From: Camelus ferus
Lineage: Eukaryota
Reading direction: 5' to 3'
Assembly: GCF_009834535.1 (NCBI RefSeq)
Contig: NC_045696.1
Coordinates: forward strand, 10,046,001-10,110,000
DNA length: 64,000 bases
Both the position numbers and the translations under genes were made by a program. Shown here piece after piece: positions 26,105 through 39,730 of the stretch; position 1 is the first letter of the stretch; the number at the start of each line of letters is the position of its first letter. A model generated the notes under the pieces. It was given only the letters and a program-made list of their open reading frames with translations. It was not told the DNA's origin and searched no databases.

Positions 26105-26732
26105 CTTGTGTGGAAGAACATAAAGGACCTCTCACTACTTTGTGGCTTGTTATTAATTCAGATGACATGAACACTGCTCCCTCCCCTGTGACCAGCACAT
26201 GGGTGCGCACACGCGGCCACAGAAGACCCTGCTCCAGCCAGCACGGGTGCCGTATGCTCTGTTGCTCCCAGTTACTGTTTATTCCAAACGTGGAGGGGAA
26301 AACCTGCCAGCCTATTCGCAAAACCATGGTCTGGCCACCTAGAATTCTCCATTAAACAAGTCAGGACATCATATTTATTCTGTTGCACCTGGCTGTGTGC
26401 CTTATATATTTTGGTTCTATTTTAACTTTCAAGTTGCCCAGGGCTCCCCCACCCCTAGTAGGATTTGGATGTTTAGTGGAGGATTAATACCAGAGTAGAA
26501 GCCTTATGAAACCTCAAAAGACAATTCACTGATACCTTGTTTCAGTGGACTCAGGGAAATACGCCTTGCATTGGATTGTGCTTGTGTTAGTTCCTTTTTA
26601 GAGAGACAGGGGTTTGACTAGCGTGAATACACGGTAATCACCATTTATTGTCCATCTACATGCAAGGCATATACAAAGATGAATTTTAAAAATGCCACCT
26701 CTGCCTCCCCAGAACAATTTAGGTTAAAACAC

Positions 26733-26738
26733 TTTATT
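26733..26738 (-). terminator. ITSN1: AATAAA poly(A) signal of exon 22a
   Basis: Canonical hexamer about 50 nt after the 22a stop codon. Confidence 0.7.
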
Positions 26739-26790
26739 AATCACAAAGCACTATAAAATGGACAGGATGATATTACCAAGGAACTCGTAA

Positions 26791-27123
26791 TTAATGAGGA
26801 AGAAAGAGATACAAACAACTCTGTATACCACCTGGCAGGATGAAATATGCTAAAAAGAGGTGCCATCTATTCACTGTGGGAACCAGGAGAAGAGAGGGAG
26901 CAACGCTGCCCGAGGGCACCAGGGGAAGCTTCACAGAGGAGGCAGCGTTTGAGATGAGCCTTGCAGGACGAGGAGGATTGTGACAGCTAGGGCTCCTGGG
27001 GACAGGCACCCCGGGTGGAGGGCACGGCCGGGAGGTGCTACACTGCAAAGGGTCCAGGAGGAGAAGCACAATCCGGGGGCGTGTGTAGCCTAGTTTCATG
27101 GAGGGGTGGAGTAGGAGACGAGG
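26791..27123 (-). CDS. ITSN1: ITSN1 alternative terminal exon 22a, coding part (PRLLLHPSMKLG...LYLFLPH*, 110 aa)
   Basis: CCTGCCTTTCCAG acceptor in phase 0 with exon 22, open to TAA, followed by AATAAA; resembles the human ITSN1-22a C-terminus as I recall it (LLHPSM, PRIVLL, DPLQCSTSR, YFILPGG). Confidence 0.85.
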   Translation of the reverse strand, partial: PRLLLHPSMKLGYTRPRIVLLLLDPLQCSTSRPCPPPGVPVPRSPSCHNPPRPARLISNAASSVKLPLVPSGSVAPSLLLVPTVNRWHLFLAYFILPGGIQSCLYLFLPH

Positions 27124-29570
27124 CTGGAAAGGCAGGGTGAGGCATTTATCATTTTCAAAACCATAACACAAAACACTTACAGTATCTTAAAACAATACTA
27201 AAAAAATACATCAACTTTTAACAATGCGTGTAAATGGGTGGGAACCAGGGCTGATGACCAACGACAGTCCATTCAGAATCAACCTGTACTTGCCTTGAGA
27301 AGATATTTTCATAGTGACATTTAACTGTGACGATGTCTGAGAAGTGGAGAATTTACAACAGGTCAAAGAGTTCCGGCTCCTGTGTTGGTAACTTCTAAAC
27401 CCTGGTCTCCGTGGGTCCCGCCTTCCCATACCTACGACATCCCCGTTTCCTTCCATCTCAACAGTACACTCCGTCCAGTCTTCAGAGCCAAGGAGGGGTC
27501 TCTGGATTCCAAACACCCCCCAGGACCACACAGCCTCCACTCCCATCTCCTCCCTCATGCCTGCAGGGAGCCTCCCACCCCAGTGTGGAGCTCAGCGCTT
27601 CCCTGTCCTCTCATCCTCTCAGCCACTCCCCTGTAGTCTCTGTCACTTCACCAGGGCCCTCATTGGTACTTCGTCACCTCTCACCCTGAGAAACCTTCGC
27701 TGAGCCTCCCTGTCCATCTTCCCACGTGGATGTGCCCAAATAACCAGCCTGGGGTCGGACCGAACACAGACTCTGGGTTTGTATCCCAAGTCTGTCACTT
27801 ACTAACTGTGTGACCCTGGATGACTATTCAATCTCTCTAGGCCTCCGTTTCTATGTCTCTAAAAGACAGACACTTTCTTCAAAAGGTTGTTAAGAAAGAT
27901 CTATTCGTAGAGTTGCTATCACAGTAATAATCATAACGGCAGTAGCTCACATCACGGTTATTACTTCTAGCCTCAAAGTGTGAAGTATTGCTGGAGAAAG
28001 CTAACACAATGTGCGATGACAATTACGGATTCAGGTTAAATTCAGCCAAGTCAGGCTTCACTCTTCTCTGCTGACTTCCTGTTCTGCAGGCTCCAGAGGC
28101 TCCTGGGGGCCCCTCCTGAGAAAGCTGCCTGCGCACAACCTGAACTTATTTCTCTCTTTCTCCAACCTCTCTTCATCCTTCCTCTCCCAGAAGAAAAAGA
28201 ATCCCATCTTCTTTTCTGTGCTTTTCATGCTATTTCCACGTAGATTCTCTGGGACTTGGCTTTTCATCCTTTCCTCCACTGGCCACGTGGCTGGTCCCTG
28301 CCTTTCCTGATGCCCTCCCTCCGCTCTGCTGCTTCTCTTGGCTGTCACAAATCTTTCCACTTTTCCACCAGTCATTTCCTCTGTATTCCTTTGCAACCTG
28401 ATACAAATACATTCTGCTTGCCACACTGAACAGTCTCCTGTTTGCCCGGACCACAGCCTCTAATATGAGCACCACACCCCCCCTTTCTGGAAACAGCCCC
28501 CTCCTCCCCTGCTTCCCAGGTCCTGGCCCTCCCCCTCCACCAGAGTCACCACTACTGACTGAGACTCACCACCTGCTGAGCTGGACCGATGCGAAGGAAG
28601 GGAACACCCCTTGTCAGAAGCAGCCTTTCTTCCAGGTCAGAGATGACACGTGCTCCGTGCATGGTCCATCTTCCCTGCACTCCCTCCTTTGAAGAGCGCC
28701 CTCATTTCCTTAGATCTGATCTATGTTCCACCTGCCAGATAGGACTACCTGGATGTCCCCTTTCACCTAAATGAACACGTCTAAAACCCAATTCCTTCCT
28801 CTGACTAAAGCTCAACTTCTCTGCCTGCCTTCCTTGTTCCCCTTTAAGGTCAAATCTTCTTCTCAATCCCAGACCTTCCTTTACTTGGGACTCCATCCTC
28901 TTAAGTGTTGTCCCTGCCCCTATGTCCGCCGCTCAGATCTCCCCACACACACCACCTCCACCTGAACCCACCTGGAGCCCGAGTTCAATCCGGTTGTCCC
29001 CTAACCCCCAAATGCCTGCCAGGTGGGCAATTTCTCTGTTTGGCTTGACTGATTTTATATAGAAACTTAATTCCTTTATCTTTATTGCATTAAGTAGAAA
29101 TATTCAAAATAACCACCTTTATCCTTTCAGAAACTACTTTCTTGGTAAGGCATTTAAGAGCTTCCCACCAATCTGTCATCAGTTTAGCTTTTCCGATAAA
29201 TACTCACTGGTCTAGCCAAATGGACAGAACTGTGATTTTCCTGAAACACACCCTGATCTACTGCAAGTCTCCCCTCACAGAATTTTCTGTCTGACATGCC
29301 AGCCCTCTGCGTTTCCTAATAAGCTCTTACCCACAGCTCAAAATGCAGTTCTGGTGACCTTCCCTGACCAACCCAGGCATCTTACCCTCCTCTGAATGGT
29401 CACTACCCCCGACATAGTCCAGGCTCCTTAGAGACTACTGAGAAAACGTGAACCAGATCCCGCCCTGCCAGCAGGCCAGACACACACGAAGAGGCTTACT
29501 CCTAAATGGCTCCAACTTCAGCATTTGCTGAATCTGTCCATCCCGTCCCGCTCCCACTGGCTGCATTTAC

Positions 29571-29730
29571 CTGGCCTAAGATGGGAGATGGAGAGGAGCC
29601 CGTGGCCGTGGCTGGAGTAAAGGCCGATCTCTGCCTTAACTGCCCGGCACTTGGAACAGTGAGGGAGGGCTGGGCTGCCCACGCGTCCCAGTGATCGGTC
29701 TCTGGTTTCTCGCTCGTGCTGGTGGGCCAC
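29571..29730 (-). CDS. ITSN1: ITSN1 exon 22 ([17 protein letters not shown]...SPILGQ), 160 nt
   Basis: TTCCAG acceptor, GTAAAT donor; SH3A-B linker. Confidence 0.96.
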
Positions 29731-30599
29731 CTGGAAGGAAGAGCACGCCACCGTGAGTAGCAAGTACTCCCCAGTATGCCCGTGTTTCTCCCACACACAA
29801 CACAGACCCAGTACACGGACAGGGCTTCCTACGTTCAAGAACAAGAAGGGGAGGAAAGAGCACTGCACTTGGGTTTGTGTCTGAGCGTCACACACTACTG
29901 ATGGGTCTCGGGCAAATATCAGTCATTTCTTTGCATCCTGATTTCCTCACTGATAAATGGGAACAACATTCTGCCACTCTGGGTAGTTGTGAGGGTCACA
30001 TGAAATACTAAGTAGGGAAATACTTTGTAACTGGGAAGTGCCCGGAGGTGCTGGAGAAACATCCTCACAGGATCATTATCTTCATTTGCAACAACCACAC
30101 TAAATCAGCAAAAAAGAAGTTTCATATCACATAGGAAATAATGCCAGTCTGGCAGCGGGTGCTTCTTAAAACCATCTCTCTGTCCCACACATCGCACGGC
30201 AAGTACCAGGCCATGTACCTGGACACCTGGTAACTAAGGGGTATCCTCATCTGTCCTGATCTCAGTGACCGTTTTAATTTTGGGATTTTTATAACTTTAA
30301 ATAAACACGTTTGTGTAAGTGCAGATTTAAAGTGCAATTTACGTTTTTTACATCTTTATAAGACATAGAGACATTTGAAAATCAAAATATGGCCATTAGA
30401 CAGCACATCCTGACTTTGGGTTTGGAAAATAAGATGCCCATAATGACAGCAGGAGGGCTGCACACCACACATTTATCAAGCAAGTCACACTGATTGGATC
30501 CACAGCAAAACAAACTCCTGGAAAACATGGTATTTGCCTTCTATTTTAGCCTAAGCTTTAGTTTATAAAGTCAGAACTCTGCAATCAAGATCAAGAGAG

Positions 30600-30802
30600 G
30601 GAAAACAAACTACTGTACACCAACTAGAGAAGCAACAAGGACCTACTGGAGAGCACAGGGAACTGCATTCAATAGCTCATAACCACCTAAAATGGAAAAC
30701 AATCTGAAAAAAAAAAATATATATATATATAACTGAATCACTTTGCTGTACACCTGAAACTAACACAATGTTGTAAATCAACTCTACTTCAATTTAAAAA
30801 AA
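30600..30802 (+). mobile_element. 5'-truncated artiodactyl-type L1 3' end
   Basis: ATAACTGAATCACTTTGCTGTACACCTGAAACTAACACA...A tail; TSD aagatcaagagag (30587-30599 / 30803-30815). Confidence 0.85.
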
Positions 30803-31755
30803 AAGATCAAGAGAGAAGAGTTTCAAGTTGGTTTCAATCATACTTGTAGAAGACTGCTTTCTAGCAGAGATTATGTAGGGAAGACCTTCATTAACTCTTT
30901 CTACCTTTTACATGAAAATATAAGTATAAAAACCACTTGCATCTTTCCCTCCACTTCCTTCTGCCCTTGGTCATTACACACCTCTGTCTCCTCTATCTGA
31001 TCAACCTGATCCTTCTCCAGCATTATTCCTTGACTTTGTGCCTTTGATTTGTTTCTTCTGAAAGATGATCAGACTTGAAAATAAATGTAAAACCCTTCTT
31101 ACTCACATCACGTTTACTTGAATGCCCACAGCAAATATTTTTAGACAACTGCACACCTAGATCAGTCCTATAACTGGCCGTGTGGATGGTGGCTTCACCT
31201 GTCATTTCAAACCTTTGTTTACACACTGTTTTTAATGCTATTTTCTGGTGACCAAGGGTACAGCACTAACAGTGGCCAAGAACACACATCTCTCTTCACT
31301 GCTGTACATGTGTACAGGACTGATGAAAGAGGAAAGCTTTAAAGGAAACTATCTATCTTGTTCAAAACCACGTCTGAACTCAATTTCTGTCTCTGTCCAG
31401 CCAAAAAACAGTGCTATTTACATGCAGGAAATAACTGAATATTTGCTGATGGACATGGGTGTCAAACAGATTATTAGGAAATTATATTCCTCAATTTCTT
31501 CCACAAGAATGAAAGATATAGGCAAATTATTGAACGAAACAAGGTGGTAGGCTTTATACCATCCCAGCACAAATCACCATTGAGCAACGATGTAAATAAA
31601 CCCAGCTCAGAGAATGCAATCCACAGTTTGCCAGAAGACCAGTGAGAGAAAGCGGTCATGGAAGTGACACAGAGGCTCAACCCAAGACGTTAACAACACT
31701 TAAAAGATCGCTATGCTGGGATTTCAGAGGTCCTCAGACGGCGCCCTGCACGTAC

Positions 31756-32003
31756 GTGGAGCTGAAGTCGGCCCAGTTGTTGGGGGTCGTGGAGGGCTCC
31801 GCGGACGTCACGGCCGAAGAGGCGGGGGCCTCACGCACAGCCAGTTTGGGCGCAGGGGTGGAGGTGGCATCAGTCACTGCTTTGACTGGAGCAGGAACCT
31901 CGTTTTCTGGGATCTTCTCTGCGTAGTTTGCAGGGAACCACCCTGTCTTGCCCTTTAATTCTCCTCCAAGCCACCCCGGTTCTCCAGTTTGGCTCTCATC
32001 CAC
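31756..32003 (-). CDS. ITSN1: ITSN1 exon 21 ([27 protein letters not shown]...WADFSST), 248 nt
   Basis: TGTAG acceptor, GTACGT donor; SH3A C-half and WADF motif. Confidence 0.97.
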
Positions 32004-33809
32004 CTACAGGAAAGTCACAAAGTTTAATTTAAGTGGAACTAAATCAATCTCCCTAAAGACACCAAACACGAAGCCCCTGCCTCTGACCCGGTCAGACTAA
32101 CACATGGCACAGACACTTCACCTTACTCTTAGTCTAAGAGTCTGGAAAAATGGTCTCTAAACATCAACTCTGAAGAAACCATAGGTCCTATAGTCAAATT
32201 CTTACTCTTTGTGCTTGTTTAGCTTTTCTCTTTCCTAAAAATAACAGTTAAGATAAAGTGCTTGGAATTCTAATAAGGCCCAGAGTTTAAATTTCTAGAG
32301 CTATTTTGAATTGGAAAGTGATCTGACAGACTTCATCCCTCAGGAAGTCATGTAATTATTAAAAATAATTTGTCTTGGGTTTATTATTTAAACTGGAAAG
32401 CAAAGGGTGCAATCAGTATACATTTAGCACTCTAAAAATCTCTAATAACTAAGCAGTACTCATTCAGCATTAAGGACACAAAGATTAAAAAAAAAATAGC
32501 CTTAGATGGTTTCTGTAGGAAGCAAAGCTGACTACCATGTTCAGCTACTTAAAGGCTCCAAAGACATGATGAGAAAACTCGGGAAATGATTATTTAGAGC
32601 AATAAATTAGTGTTATTAAGGTCCTATAGTTTTCTTTTGTATCCATTTAACTTTAATATTCACAAAAGTGCACGAGACGATAGAAATCTGCGGCTTAAAA
32701 GTTTCACAGGAGTGTATTTTTAATGTTTGCATTTAATTTTAATTCTGACTCAAAAGGATGAGTCAAAATCACCAGAATGACCCTACTTATCTTTACAAAT
32801 TACCTCACTATTTTATGAACAACAGGAGATCGATTTGGGGACAATTACAGTTACTATTAGAAAACTGTTTTCATTACAATAAGTCAAACAAGGTTCTGTC
32901 AGAGGCCTTATCCAACTTTTATCCCTTAGCATACTGCCAAGGAGGTGACACCCCCAACGCTTCCTTGGACATTAAGAGTGCTTTTTTGAAATCAGAGATG
33001 AGTAGATAGGGTCTTAAAAATGACTTTGGAAAATGTGGCAAAAATACAAGTTTTATGACCCATTCAAACATTCAGTAAAACAACAACCACCACAACAAAA
33101 CTATGGAATGAAACATTTATATTCAGTGTAGAGTAATATGGTGTAATATTTGAATTAAAAATGCCTGGGGTAGAGGCGGAGGGAGGAGAATACAGGGCTT
33201 ACTACTTAATTGCACACATTAGTTATAAAATATTCAGTACGTAGGAGAGCTTCCTTGTTGCTCCAACTTAGGGAACCCTGATTGTCAGGAGTAAAAGCAA
33301 TTTCTAAAGCTGAGAATTCTCCAAAAAGGAGTTCCCTGAGAAAAAGTGCAACACCGCTCCCAAAGCTTCTATTTTTGGCTTTACTGTTCCGTTACTCCTG
33401 CTAACACCTGTATCCACTTGGGGGCCACCTCTCATTCAACCCCTCCCCACCAAAAAACACTGTTTTCTTCTTTCCTTTTTCTGGGCAACCCCACTGCTTC
33501 TCTAGATGAGGATTTAAGATGACATTTTTTTCCTCTTGGATCTTATTTTTTTGCTAAACTCAAACGGCTACTAGGTGCCTTTCCTTCCTCATGTATATTT
33601 ATTGGTGATATGATGATGCACTTGAACTTCCGAGCTGCTCTGCATTGGAAATACTGCTGTTTCTACGCCAGGTTGTATCCGGGCCTCCCCAACTTCGCAG
33701 CAGGTTCAACAGTCAAGTTCCTGCCTCCTCCATGTGTCCCAGGACCAAAGGTGATGTCAGGCGGCAGTGAACAAGGAGCTTGAGCCAGACACACAATAAC
33801 TTCACCTCA

Positions 33810-34040
33810 AGACTGCAAAGTAGAATGATCAAGAGTAGGACTCTGCAATTGGACTGCCTCAGTTTTAATAGCACTTCTGCAATTTATTAGCTGGCTGACT
33901 TTGGGTAAGTTTAATCTCTTTGTGCCTCAGTTTCTTCATCTATCAAATGGGCAATAATAATAGTACCTGATTTATTATGGTTATTGTGAGGAATGATAAG
34001 TATGTAGAACACTGCCTGGAGTATGAGATGGGCTTAATGA
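33810..34040 (+). mobile_element. MIR remnant
   Basis: CTCTTTGTGCCTCAGTTTCTTCATCTATCAAATGGG. Confidence 0.75.
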
Positions 34041-34574
34041 CAGATTCTCTAAAGCCATCTCTCCTGATGTCCAGCTGACTCTGTATTGCAGTCCTCTTTT
34101 GTTCTGTTCTAAAAGCCTAGTCTCTATTTGACCCTCACTTTAGGTGACCAGAGATTTCTGGTTCTCTATGGGGAGTTCCCTGCTCTAGAAACCTGTCTAG
34201 TACCCCGGGCGCTGTGGGTTGGCCTTCTTATCTTCCTTTAAGGGCTGGAATGTGACCCCTGCTCACAGCCTGCCTGAAACTCCTACTGGTCCGTCCTAGT
34301 GGGCCTCCTGGAAGGTCAGCTGCTTTACTTAATTATGTCCTGTGACCTACTGCTAGCTGGTTAACCAGACTTTGGGTCGACATCTGCAACTGGATCTGAA
34401 GCCCTGAGGGAATGTTCCCTGGGCAGGTCCAGCCCACACCCTAGTTAAGCACACCGGCCTTGTCCCTGATATGACGGAGAACAGGCTTCACCGCCGCAAG
34501 GGGCTGGTGCATACTTCGGAAGGGGAGAGGGGGCCACCTCAGCCTCGTATCCCTGCAAACAAGAGTTTCTGCCA

Positions 34575-34618
34575 CCCTTCAGGGCAACAGTGACATCCCT
34601 TCAGGGCAACAGTGACAT
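34575..34618. repeat. Perfect 22-bp tandem duplication
   Basis: cccttcagggcaacagtgacat x2. Confidence 0.95.
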
Positions 34619-34855
34619 CACTATTTCACTCTGAATCAAGGAAAATCACGGGTCAACGTGAACAAACGATAGTCTCAATTAGTTTGATTTATTTATAGGA
34701 ATCTATTCATTTAAATTTTAAGATTCAGAGAATATAGTAAAAATTCATTCTTAATGTTCAATTAAATTAACCACTTAGGAAAAAGCACAGAGTCTCAGTA
34801 TGAAAATGAGAAATGCTTCTTCCTGGATTTGAAAGACTTTACTCATAATGCCAAT

Positions 34856-35003
34856 GGGGGTGGTGGGGGTGTGGGGGTGGGGGCAGGCAATATATGTGCT
34901 TGGCATGCATGAGGTCCTGGGTTCAATCCCCAGTACCTCCACTTAAATAATTAAATACATGCATAGCTAATCACCCCCTCCCCCAAAAATAAAATATTTT
35001 TTA
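34856..35003 (+). mobile_element. Camelid-type tRNA-derived SINE
   Basis: GAGGTCCTGGGTTCAATCCCCAGTACCTCC; near-TSD aatgccaat/aatgtcaat. Confidence 0.8.
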
Positions 35004-36181
35004 AATGTCAATCCAATTGTATAAAACACTACACAAGATTAGGACAGAATAAGCAAAGTCAAGCACATACTTCTTTGTAATGTGGTTGCCTGTAATTTGG
35101 ACTTATACATACAAAGGGTAAATTCACCTATTGGTAGCTGGAAGTCAGGGGGATTTTAATAATAATAGTGTTGGCCTTAATACAGTTTCGTTTAATCAGC
35201 CCCACTATAACACCTCAAAGCATTTGGGGGTCATTCTAGTGAAACGCCAAAGTAGGAAGCACAAACCCCAGATGTTGCTTACACGTTTGGGAACATGTTA
35301 CAGATCCGGTCCACACAATGTTAGTGATCATGCACTGCCTACTGGAGGGCACCGATGCAACAGTCAAGTGCACACAGCAGCTACCAGGTTCAAGTACAAG
35401 TGGCCGAAACCCAATACTCTATCTCTTCTCTCAACATTTATATGCTTCGTGACTGCCATCTTCATCAGGCAGTACTGATATTTCTAAAGCCAGAAACTCT
35501 CTCTCCTCTTACAAACAGGACAAAGAGCAAACAGGTTCACACTGTACACTGACTTAGACCTGCTGGTGTGGCTGCCCAGGATGTGCTGGGGCGGGGCAGG
35601 GGGGCTGTGGGGAGCAGCACGGGTTTCATGCATTTGCCAGTTTGGAAATACGAGGTTTCCCCCTAACCACCTGGATGAGGACATTAAAATTGTTTTCTAA
35701 AGCTCTTATCTAGAGGTTAGCAAATTTCCCCTCTAACTTTCACAACCACTCAACTCTGCAGCTGTAGGCAGGATGTAAATGAACAAGTCTGAATGTGCTC
35801 CAATAAAACTTTATTACAAAACAAGCAGGAGCTGGATTTGGCCCACTGCCTCGGAATTATGTGTGTCCTGGTCCCTCAACACAGCAGTGATACTATGACC
35901 AACAGGCTTAGATGCTAAAGTTATGGAAATGTAAGAAAGGCAGGAAAGAAAAGGTATTGACTACATTAAAAAAGAAATCTTTATCAAGAGAAGAAAAGGA
36001 AAAAAGAATGAGTTTAAACTGTTAGAAGAGCATCACTCAATTAAGAGATAATTTTCTGAACGAACTGACTAGTTGATGGCTGACACCCACTAAAGAAGTC
36101 TCCATTTTTGGCTATTTCTAAGAAGAGGATATTTTCCAGAATGGTTTGGGGTTCGTCCTAACTGGGAAAAAAAGATTAGAT

Positions 36182-36350
36182 CAGTGGTTCCCCCAAACTG
36201 ACTCCCTGACAGAACCACCTGGAGAAGATTTTGAACCCTAAATACCAATTAAAAGTGCCCAGAGTCTCTGGGGGTGAGCCCCAGCTAGGTTATTTTTTTA
36301 AGCTCCCTGAGCAGGACTGATGCACTCAGGCCTCCACCATTTAGGACCTG
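36182..36350. mobile_element. MER5A-like MITE
   Basis: CAGTGGTTCCCCCAAACT...CAGAACCACCTGGAGA. Confidence 0.6.
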
Positions 36351-37379
36351 CTGAGTTTGATGATGAGTCCATATTTTTAAGATAAACTTCAACAGAACAG
36401 TGAGTAGAGGTGTTCTAATTTCTTTTGCTATCCCAATACACTGTGGATGTCAAATCTGACTCATTCACCCTCCAGGTACTGGGACCTCCGGATCAGAAGG
36501 CAGGCCAGAGATTTTCAAAGTGTCTAAGCCTTAGCTGTCAAGGTCAAACTCAGTTAAGACACTTCCATTCAGAAGTCTTCCCTGAGCACATGAATTTACT
36601 CTGATTCCTCTCTTCTTCTAAATTCCTAGCAGAGTTAGTGAGCATTCATCGGGAACTTCATCACACATTGGCTTTTTCATGTGTTTCTCCCTATTTTTCA
36701 AACAAGATTTTAAGTATATGAATGGCAGACATGCTCATATATTTTTTTGTATCATCAACAACATTTAGAACAGGAATACATTTATATACATATATAAAGG
36801 ACCATTTTAATTTTTGTTAATCATGAAAAAATATTTTTTGAGAAAACTGGGCTGATAATCAAGTTTCTTCAAAAGCAAAATGTTTTTTAAAGCCCCCTCC
36901 AGGACTGCCTACATTAAAACAGGAAACGTTGCTAGACCTAAAATCTAACACGTATTGCCAGCTATTTCTCAAAAAAATTTGAGAAATCTGAGAATCTGAT
37001 GATTACTATCCCCACAAAGGTAAGTGAACTCCTGACTATTCAACTAAGAAAGATTGATAGGAATGTTCTAGTGCATAGTTTTCATGATCATGTTCCTTAA
37101 CTGCAAACTTTATGAAATTTTAAAAATAGTTACTGTTACATGTCAATTTCCTTTTTTTTTTTTTTTTTTGCATCGATTGTTAACTTCACAAAGATAATAC
37201 AGTTGAGAGCATTTGGGTGTCACGTTGCGTTCTGTGGTATAAAATGAAGGCACCACTGCTGTCCCTTCAGCAAGAGAATATGGTATGCCTAGACCCCTCC
37301 TTACATATTTGGGATGTCTGGGATAAAGTAAACACCATTCTGGGCCTGCACAGACATTCTGTTATAATTGTTGAACTTG

Positions 37380-38340
37380 GATTCATTTTTAGTGTTTTAT
37401 TAAAAATTACAAATGTTGGTACATTTGTCAGAATGAATATAGAAGTACATAAAATTAAACATGAACCCCCTCTCTACCTCTACCCAGAGGTAACCACTGT
37501 TAATAGTCTGATGTCTGTATTTCCAGACTATATACATACAAACATTCACATATATACACGGTTTTTTATAACCAAATGCAATTATACTCTACATACTCCT
37601 GCTTTTTTACTGGAGAGTTTATTTGTACACGTAGATCTATGTAATTTTTAAAAGCATTTTCATTATATTTACTGTTTAGCTGTATCATCAATTATTTAAA
37701 CCATTCCCTTACTGATGGATATTGGGCTGTTTGTTTTTTGCTTTTATCAACAATGCTGCAGGGAGACATCCATGCACACATTTATTTCTGCACGTGCCAG
37801 AAGCAGCCTAGATGAGGGAGAGTCACAGAATTCCTGGGTCAAGGGGAATGAGAATTTTAAATTTGAATAGGTATCACCAAACTGCCTTCCAAGTGGCTTA
37901 GCCAATTCATACAACCATGCTGACAATGTATATTACTATTCACTTCCCTGCACTCTTGACAAAGCTGGGTATTAGCAAACTTTTTAATCTACTCAGCTGA
38001 GAGATGAAAAGTGCTGTCTCATTTTTCAAAATATGCATTTTCCTGATCACCAATGAAAGCGGTATCCTTTTGTATATTTTTTAAATCATTTACTTTTCTT
38101 CATCTGTGAATGTCTCTTTATGTCCTCAGACAATGTTTTTAAGGTGTGGGTTTCTTTCATATTAACTTTTCAGAGTCTTTATGTAATATGGAGAGGGGCT
38201 CTTTATTTCTTATGTATTTTGCAGTCTACAAGATTTAATTTTTTAATATGGTCAAATCTGTCCATTTTGGTCATTTATGGCTTCTGGTTTTAACTCAGAA
38301 AGGCATTTCTTAGCCAGAAAATTATTCCAGTATTCTCCTT
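37380..38340 (-). mobile_element. Old L1M(E)-type fragment
   Basis: CCCAGAGGTAACCACTGTTAATAGT, GATGGATATTGGGCTGTTT and CCAAACTGCCTTCC motifs. Confidence 0.65.
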
Positions 38341-38712
38341 AAAAAAGAGAAAGAAAAGAAGAAGGAAAAGAAAAAGAAAAAAAAAAAACTTTTAAATAAG
38401 AATTTTAACTTTAACCTACTTGGAACTTACTTTTGTCCACAACCTGAGACACAGACTTGACCTAATAACTTGCCAACACAGAGCTTTTGAATTAGTCCTT
38501 ACACGGAATCGAGCAAAGAGAAACCAGGTACATGAACTTTTACATCTGTTCTTCTTTTTTAATTTTAAGCACAACCTACCACACAAACTCAAAACGTATT
38601 TTCACTGCCACAACAACACCCAAAGATATGTGTACTTACACAGAATTAAAGCGATTTAAAAGAACAAAACATTTAATAAGATGCAGACTTCCTGACAGTC
38701 AGTGGCACTCAC

Positions 38713-38727
38713 CCATTCCCCTTTAAC
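38713..38727 (-). CDS. ITSN1: ITSN1 exon 20, 15-nt neuron-specific microexon encoding VKGEW (SH3A n-Src loop)
   Basis: gag|GTTAAAGGGGAATGG|gtgagt, phase 0-0; the peptide matches the known neuronal insert. Confidence 0.95.
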
Positions 38728-39730
38728 CTCCACCAGGAAAGCGCAGGTTTGAAAGCAAGGCAAAATAAATGTTTAATGCAATGTTGTGTTCTCACAGTAT
38801 ATCTACATTCTATTCTCCGAGTGGAGCTGCTGCTTTACTAGCCAATTTGAGGAAAAGGACTCAAAAGCACTGTAACAAGACTATGTTTTCCCCCAAAATA
38901 GCAATATTTACTCATTAAAATATAGATCACCTGTAACATTTCCTCATCGTAACACTTTGTAACCCTTCCTTATCTCAAGAAGAAAATGTTACTTTTCTAC
39001 ATCTTGCATTGCAACAAAGTACAGTTTCAAAAACATCAGGCTTTTTTTTCCCTTTTTTCTTTCTTTTTTTTTCTTTTATTTTTTACAGTGCAAAAAAGCA
39101 ACTTTGTAGTGAGGTCCTATCTGCTACAGCATTGTAACTTCATAATGTTTAGATTTCTGCTACTGCATTTTATTTAGCTAATTCACAGTTCATCTGCTTT
39201 ACAAGGCACCATGTTGAAAGACCAGGCAGGAGGAGTGAAGCAGCCTCTTCCATTAGGGAAGAGAAAACGGGGCAGAGGCTGAGAAACACGCCATTCACGT
39301 GCAGAGTGCTGTGCCCACACTTGAGAGAAACCAGCAGTTCTTTCTGTAAAGAATGAGAGGCTGGCACCCAGGCATTCAAAAACTGTTTGCTGAATGAAGA
39401 CAAGGAGATTATTTGAAGTGGGTTTCATTATTGTCAAGGAGCTGTTGACTTTTAAAGATTCTGGACCATTGGCTGTGACTCCCTTATTTCCAGTCCATAA
39501 GAACTGGAGAAAAAGCTATCAGAAAGTAAGGGGAGAAGGGATTGAGTTCTCTTTAAGGACTAGACACTGTTCTTTCTATATATTTTTGCCCATGAAAGAT
39601 CATATCCTCTACATACAGATACAATACAGAAATGCAAGGTGAATGCATGAGTAATGATAGTGAATGCACAACACTCTTTTATACTTCAGACGTGGGTTCC
39701 GAGTATGGGAAACGTGTTTGTCTCAATTCT

